From assembly GCA_036785375.1 (NCBI GenBank), contig JAWMAR010000030.1, forward strand, positions 5,890,001 through 5,930,188: a DNA stretch of 40,188 nt. Reading direction: 5' to 3'. Positions within the stretch are counted from its first letter, which is position 1. The number at the start of each line of letters is the position of its first letter. The notes under the pieces were generated by a model. It did no database searches, was not told the origin of the DNA, and saw only the letters and a program-made list of their open reading frames with translations. Below are positions 34,766-40,188 of this stretch, one piece after another. This stretch comes from Leucoraja ocellata (taxonomy: Eukaryota). A program made the position numbers and the translations under genes.

Positions 34766-36342
34766 TCATAATAATATGTTTGAATGAATGACAAACTTTG
34801 ATGGAAGTTGATATGAGTGGGCTGACATTACAGGGTAAGATATAAGTGTTGAGCTTATGTGTGATTTTACAGTGAATCCAACATCATAAAGATCACTTGG
34901 TATACAGAGCAGTGTATAATTAATTATATTTCAGTTTTTCATTAGTTTTCAGCCATTACAGGTTAACTGACAGTGGCCTCTGGAAAATATACACAAGAAA
35001 ATCACACTAACAGCTAAAAGGGAATAATTACCATGTCTAGGGGTGTGATTTTATTTTATTAATTTATCATTTATTTCCAAATTCCACCAGAAGAAAGCTC
35101 CAAGAGAAGTCTCATGCAATTCCAGACTTACAAGTTTCAGATCCATGTCACATGCCATCATTAATGCAACGGCAAGAACAAATATGTGCAACTGTGTGCA
35201 AAATAACTGAATACAATAATTCATTTTCCAAATACTGAATTGAAATTTGAAAGGAAAAGTGAAACAGCTTGAGATGCAAACCTCACGCTAAATCCAAATT
35301 GTATGCATAAGCAGTAAATCTCACTGTTCCAACTCTTTCCATGTTAGCTGAATTTTCGCCTTTAGTAATTCCTACATCAAACGCCAACTCACAGCAGTGC
35401 ATAATATTTTACAAATGTGATGCAGTGAATTTTGGCAAATAGCTGATGCATCAAATGGATTCACTATTTCACTCAATGTTTTGAAGCCTCCTGTTGCCAA
35501 AAGACTACTGTAGCTCAGGCCAACAGATCCATCATGTTTCTTATACTCCTTCACAGTGAACTCCACATTCACTAATTATCTTGTGCCTTTGTAACTTGCT
35601 GCTCCCATCCATGCAGCTTAGTCTCTGTCATTGCACACCTCAACATATAATTTTCTCCTCTTTCATCCATGTCATTAATACTCTTTCAAAATGTTGACAC
35701 CATAGGCTAAATACTTAGGCAATGTGGCACTTGTCACATCCAGAGTATTCTTTCTTTTTTTTTTAATTGCTATCTCTCACCCCCCAACCAGTCAACAAAG
35801 TTATGTCGAATTCCATGAACATTTATTTTTTGATAATCTCTCAACTTGGATCTTTGTCTGGAAGTCCATTACTTCAGATGTTCAAAAAACTATTGGGCAA
35901 CTGGCCTTTAGGCATGTTTCTTAAGACAAACATGGTCCACTTATTTCATGCCCATCGATTCTCTTTGTTCGTGCTTACTTGTCCTAGAATTCGGGTAATT
36001 TACTCACTGCATATAAAACATATTTTGCCAAGTTTGACTCTCCCTTCTTCAATATCTACAGTCAAAAATTTGAGTTTGGAGAGTTTTGGAAAATTATAAC
36101 CAAAATACCTTAAATTCACATGTTAGCTTCTTTGTGAGACCCAGTATTACAAATAAGTTAACAATTCCAATGCCATGCCGTGGAAGTTTGACTATTTTAT
36201 GTCTCTTATCACCACTTATTTTTTATTTTGTATGAGCATCTTGTACTGCTGGCATATTGCTCTTACTTCATTTTGCAAAGTGCATATGTCACAGGTATTG
36301 CATTTCATTTACATTCAGCAATAACACTAATAACCATCTTAC

Positions 36343-36489
36343 ATCTCCAAGTTTGAGGCATGTTCCAAGACTGTGAATAACATCTTCGGCAAGATCAGAA
36401 TGATCCGAGTCCCAGACCAGACCAATAGTGATTATCTCAGGAGAGTTCATCAATACTTTACGGATTCTAATCTTCTCACCGCAGTTGCT
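36343..36489 (-). CDS. USP54: USP54 coding exon (147 bp), USP domain: [49 protein letters not shown]
   Basis: Translated by hand (mostly absent from the ORF track). Acceptor TTTACAG, donor GTAAG; phase 0/0. Confidence 0.95.
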
Positions 36490-37628
36490 CTGTAAAGAAA
36501 ATTAGATTGTTATTAAAATAAATTATTTTAATGATACTGACAAAACTACCTAGTAATGCAGTCGGCAATGAAATCTCAAAGTGCAGTTCTAACTGCAGAT
36601 GAAAGCTTACTGTATATAACACGTTACGTCGCACAGCATTGTACTCAACAGGTGCAGCATCAATGCACTCAGCTGCCAAATTCAATGGTCATATGGTGAG
36701 TTCCCAATCACATCAATCAAGGATAAATGACAATGAACAGGCATGAAAGAGGAACATAGTCAAAGAAAAATATAATTTCCAGTTTTCCCTCTGCAAACTC
36801 ATTAATCTTTGGATTAAATCAATTAAAGATAGTTAAGTGATGTTCTGTTTAAACAACTGATATAATAAATAATGTAAAATATAATCTCTTTATTAAGCTT
36901 CATGAGGGTAGCAAAAAAAAAGTACTCCAGCAACTTAGTAAAGAACCGAGTTACGAAACCAGTAGAGAGCCATGTTCAACATTTAATTTGCCAAGTCAAC
37001 TGAGTGTAATAAATGGGATTGTATCCCTGTCTGACTGAGGGAGAGGAAATGCAGAAAATAGTCAGCCAGCCAAACTTGCTTTTAATCTCCAGCCAGAAAC
37101 TCCACTGGTGGCATTTCATTTGTGAAGCTTGAAGAAAAATTAAAAATAATCAGACTAATTAACAATAAATCTATAGTAACTTGCATTAATAAAAGATGAG
37201 TATCCCAAACTGCAATAAAAAAAATATTAGATACAGAATAGTTGGAAAACTTGCATAATTGCAATAATCAAAAAATATAAACATTGAAATGAACTATAAA
37301 TTTAAGCTCTGCTTTTATTTCAGATTGCTGGCATCTGCAGTTTTTAGCTTTTCAATGCAAATGTGTTATTTGTTTGTTTTCTGTAGTTCACAATATACTG
37401 GACTTATGTAAACAAGTAATAAAAGCTATCTCAAGTGCTATAGGTATAGCTTTGTTTGCTAGCGATTTATGCAGCGTGTTAAAAGCCAACACAACATTTT
37501 GTAGATTTAGGTTTATCATTGTAACGGAGTAAAAAATGGAAAAGAGCTCCAACTTTAAGTCTGAAACATTTAATAACTAAATTTGCAACTTCTACTGATC
37601 TGGTCACTGTGATCATTGATAGGATATT

Positions 37629-37756
37629 AGACAGAAATGCTGGAGAAACTCAGCGCTCGAGACCCATCTTCAGTCTGAGCTGCCTCACCCGCCTGAGTTT
37701 CTCCAGCAATTTTGTCTACCTTCGATTTTCCAGCATCTGCAGTTCCTTCTTAAACA
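37629..37756 (+). mobile_element. Short Penelope terminal-repeat element with a perfect 15-bp flanking direct repeat
   Basis: CATTGATAGGATATT at 37614-37628 and 37755-37769; inverted arms TGCTGGAGAAACTCAG / CTGAGTTTCTCCAGCA. Confidence 0.85.
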
Positions 37757-37911
37757 TTGATAGGATATTGTTCATCATGATATGCCAAAGACATGTTCAA
37801 CAGGAAATGGATATAGACATGACTTTTTTAAACAACCTTTCTAATTAATTAATGCCAATTATTGACCAGCAGTTAGGAGCAATTGAATGCAAAACACTAA
37901 TTTCACATTTA

Positions 37912-38068
37912 TAAACAGAAAATGTTAAAAACATTCAGCAGGTCAGGCAGCATCCGATGGAATAAGAAAGAGAGTTCTGATGAAGGCGCTTTGACCTGAA
38001 ACCTGACTTACTGAGTATTTTCAACATGTTCTGGCTTTAGTTTAGATTTGCAGCATCTGCAATTTTTC
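37912..38068 (+). mobile_element. Degenerate palindromic Penelope terminal-repeat element with a hammerhead core remnant
   Basis: CAGCAGGTCAGGCAGCATC / CTGACTTACTGAG..CAGCATCTGCA; CTGATGA-AGG-CGCTTTGA-CCT-GAAAC at 37977-38002. Confidence 0.72.
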
Positions 38069-38233
38069 TAATGTTCACACAATTTTCAGGATTTGGCATC
38101 TACTTAGCTAACCGCAAATTTATTCAAACATTTTGGATTTTTTTCCAATGTCCATTAAAATATATATCAAGAAATCTTCTGACACCCCCAGCTAGCATGA
38201 TCTAAAGCAAGGTCTCCATCATATACCATAAGT

Positions 38234-38510
38234 GGGTGGCACAGTGGGGCAACGGCAAAGTTGTTGCCTAATAGTGCCAGAGACCCAGGTTCGATCCTAA
38301 TTACGGATGCTGTCTGTACAGTTTGTACGTTCTCCCTATGACTGTCTGCGTTTCCACCGAGTGCTCTGGATTCCTTCCACACACCAAAGACTTATAGGTT
38401 TGTAGGTTAATTGGCATCGGTAAGTTGTAAAATTGGCCCTGGTGTGTGTAGGTTAGTGGACATGGTGATCGCTGGTTGACATGGAATTAGTGGGCCAAAG
38501 GGCCTGTTTT
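38234..38510 (+). mobile_element. tRNA-derived SINE (HE1/V-SINE type)
   Basis: A box TGGCACAGTGG (38237-38247), B box GGTTCGATCC (38288-38297), V-domain-like body and a CR1-derived tail GGGCCAAAGGGCCTGTTT. Confidence 0.85.
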
Positions 38511-39714
38511 TTCGCCAAAAATGGAATATTCCGATCACTGACGAGCAGAATATAAACCTTAGTCTGAAGTGTATTTAGTATCAAACTAACTCCCAGACCA
38601 GCATCAATTTTTTGTTAGTGCAAGAGAGATATTCAAAATGAGAGAAAAGAAAAAAAGTGAGATATCTGAAACTTAAACGATCACTTTCAAATGGTTTGCA
38701 AAGTTATTTTGGAAAAATCTTAATACTTTTGAAAAATTGACAATGAATATCTATTCAAAAAATGAAGCTCCCCAGTTAATTGTTTAAAATTAGGCTGAAA
38801 AGTAATTAAAAACACTTTTCCCACAAGGATAATACATGTATAGCTTTCCAGTACTAAAACTGCATTTGGATACTGAAACCACCTCAGTAATTTGAACAAA
38901 ATTAATAGGTCAGGTCCTATTTCTTTTATCATCACTCTTCCACTTTGGTCCAAGCAGCAGACGGAAATGGTTTGCAGCCACGGCTGAACTTTTCACTCCC
39001 AACAATAAACAGCAGTCATTGAGATTCTATTCACATTCTCATTCTGGCCTCCAATGGAAGCAAATATCACCATGGAGTTTTAACACAAAGGAGCACCTAC
39101 TCGCATTTAATTGAGTTTTGAACAGATTTTATAATAGCACAGTAACAAAGCAAAGATACTGTGACGCACGCAAACAAGATCATCTGAAATTGATTAAACT
39201 ATATTACAAAACAATAATTCTCTGGACATATTTTTATTTTTAAACACTCTTTGTTAATTTTTGTCCCATGTATTTAAAAAGTGATTTTTTTTCTTGCTCT
39301 CAAGCAAAGAAAAGTAAGACACTAAAGGTGCAGGCTAATCACCTGGATGTCGGTCTACAGTGCCGAGCCATTGAACTGAATGCCCCCAGGCCAAAAGTGG
39401 AATATTCTGATCACTGATTTGATCAGATCTGTCCAACCAACCATAAAGGACAAGCGACCAAATAGTAAGAAACAATTTTCAATCAACTCTGCAGAAGGAA
39501 ACCACCACTCACAGACTTGTTATTCATATTATAATCCACAGAGCTAGAAAAATTACTTTGCATTGTAGGAGTTTAGGGAAATAGAAGCATGATGAGAAGG
39601 GTGAATTTAGAACTATTATCACCTGCATCCTTAAGGTACAGACACCCAAGTATAGAATTCCTTTGAATTTAAGGCAGCATAACTAATGTTAAACAAGAAT
39701 GATTTGACACATAC

Positions 39715-39820
39715 CGGACAGTTCCTAAGATCACCCATTGTGCTTGCATTCTGCAGAAGCTCTCCAAACATGTCAGGCGTCGGTTTCTCACGTCTTTCCA
39801 TCATTCGAATCGCTTGATTA
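39715..39820 (-). CDS. USP54: USP54 coding exon (106 bp), USP domain: [35 protein letters not shown]
   Basis: Acceptor TTTAG at 39821-39822, donor GTATGT at 39714; near-identical to recalled vertebrate USP54. Confidence 0.95.
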
Positions 39821-40127
39821 CTAAACAAAGAGACAAAGAGGCTGGAATTGGTTCCCATGAAAGGCAACAAAGGCTCTGCAGGACAGCAGACATACTGACA
39901 AGTAAATACATTTATTTCCTGAAATGGGTAGATTAAGCTTCATCATGTATTAGACAATGCTATTCTAGTCCAATTAAAACCTGGGTAGGTGATGAGGGTC
40001 AAGCAACGTGCATTGGGATCCTTTGGGATCTGGGTACATTCAAGAAGCAATTGGAGTTAAGGCAGGTGCAAACCCTGGTTATACAGCCAGAGAATAAGAG
40101 GCAAGGGACGGATTGGGCGGGAATAGT

Positions 40128-40188
40128 GGAAGAGAAAAGCAGGGAGGTGAGGGCGAGAGAGAAAAGGAGAGGGCGAGAGAGAAGAGAG
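40128..40188. repeat. GA-rich low-complexity tract running off the window edge
   Basis: Read directly; GAGGGCGAGAGAGAA occurs twice. Confidence 0.8.

Larger units (their letters stand above)
6150..39820 (-). other. USP54: USP54 gene, 3' partial (16 coding exons in the window; 5' exons off the right edge)
   Basis: Exon translations match recalled human USP54 in order ([100 protein letters not shown]). All introns are GT-AG with compatible phases; summed length is 4840 nt. Confidence 0.96.

Noticed and set aside
38234-38300. tRNA gene
   Set aside because: A and B boxes are present, but the sequence continues into a SINE body and LINE-derived tail with no full cloverleaf.

Overview
Eukaryotic genomic DNA. 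The repeat content (HE1/V-SINE-type SINE, CR1-clade, Rex1/Babar-like and Penelope-like elements) points to a cartilaginous fish, probably a skate or ray; this is an inference. The window holds the 3' part of a USP54 deubiquitinase gene on the minus strand. I traced 16 GT-AG coding exons from 39820 down to the TGA at 6150-6152. They splice in frame to 4840 nt (1612 codons plus stop, after one leading base). They encode the C-terminal half of the USP catalytic domain (GKHY and YFDD motifs), the MIT region and a long low-complexity tail ending in a C-x2-C-x11-C-x2-C motif. The 5' exons, including the catalytic Cys, lie beyond the right edge. Introns and the downstream flank are filled with decayed transposons. 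The most notable observations are: (1) the C-terminal Cys4 finger with A20-type spacing; (2) a 60-bp tandem duplication that copies a USP54 splice acceptor and carries an in-frame stop; (3) a twin-priming-like 5' inversion in a Penelope-like element; (4) a family of short palindromic Penelope terminal-repeat elements with hammerhead ribozyme remnants; (5) a (TTAGGG)3 tract inside a Harbinger-type MITE. All homology statements come from recall, not from searches.
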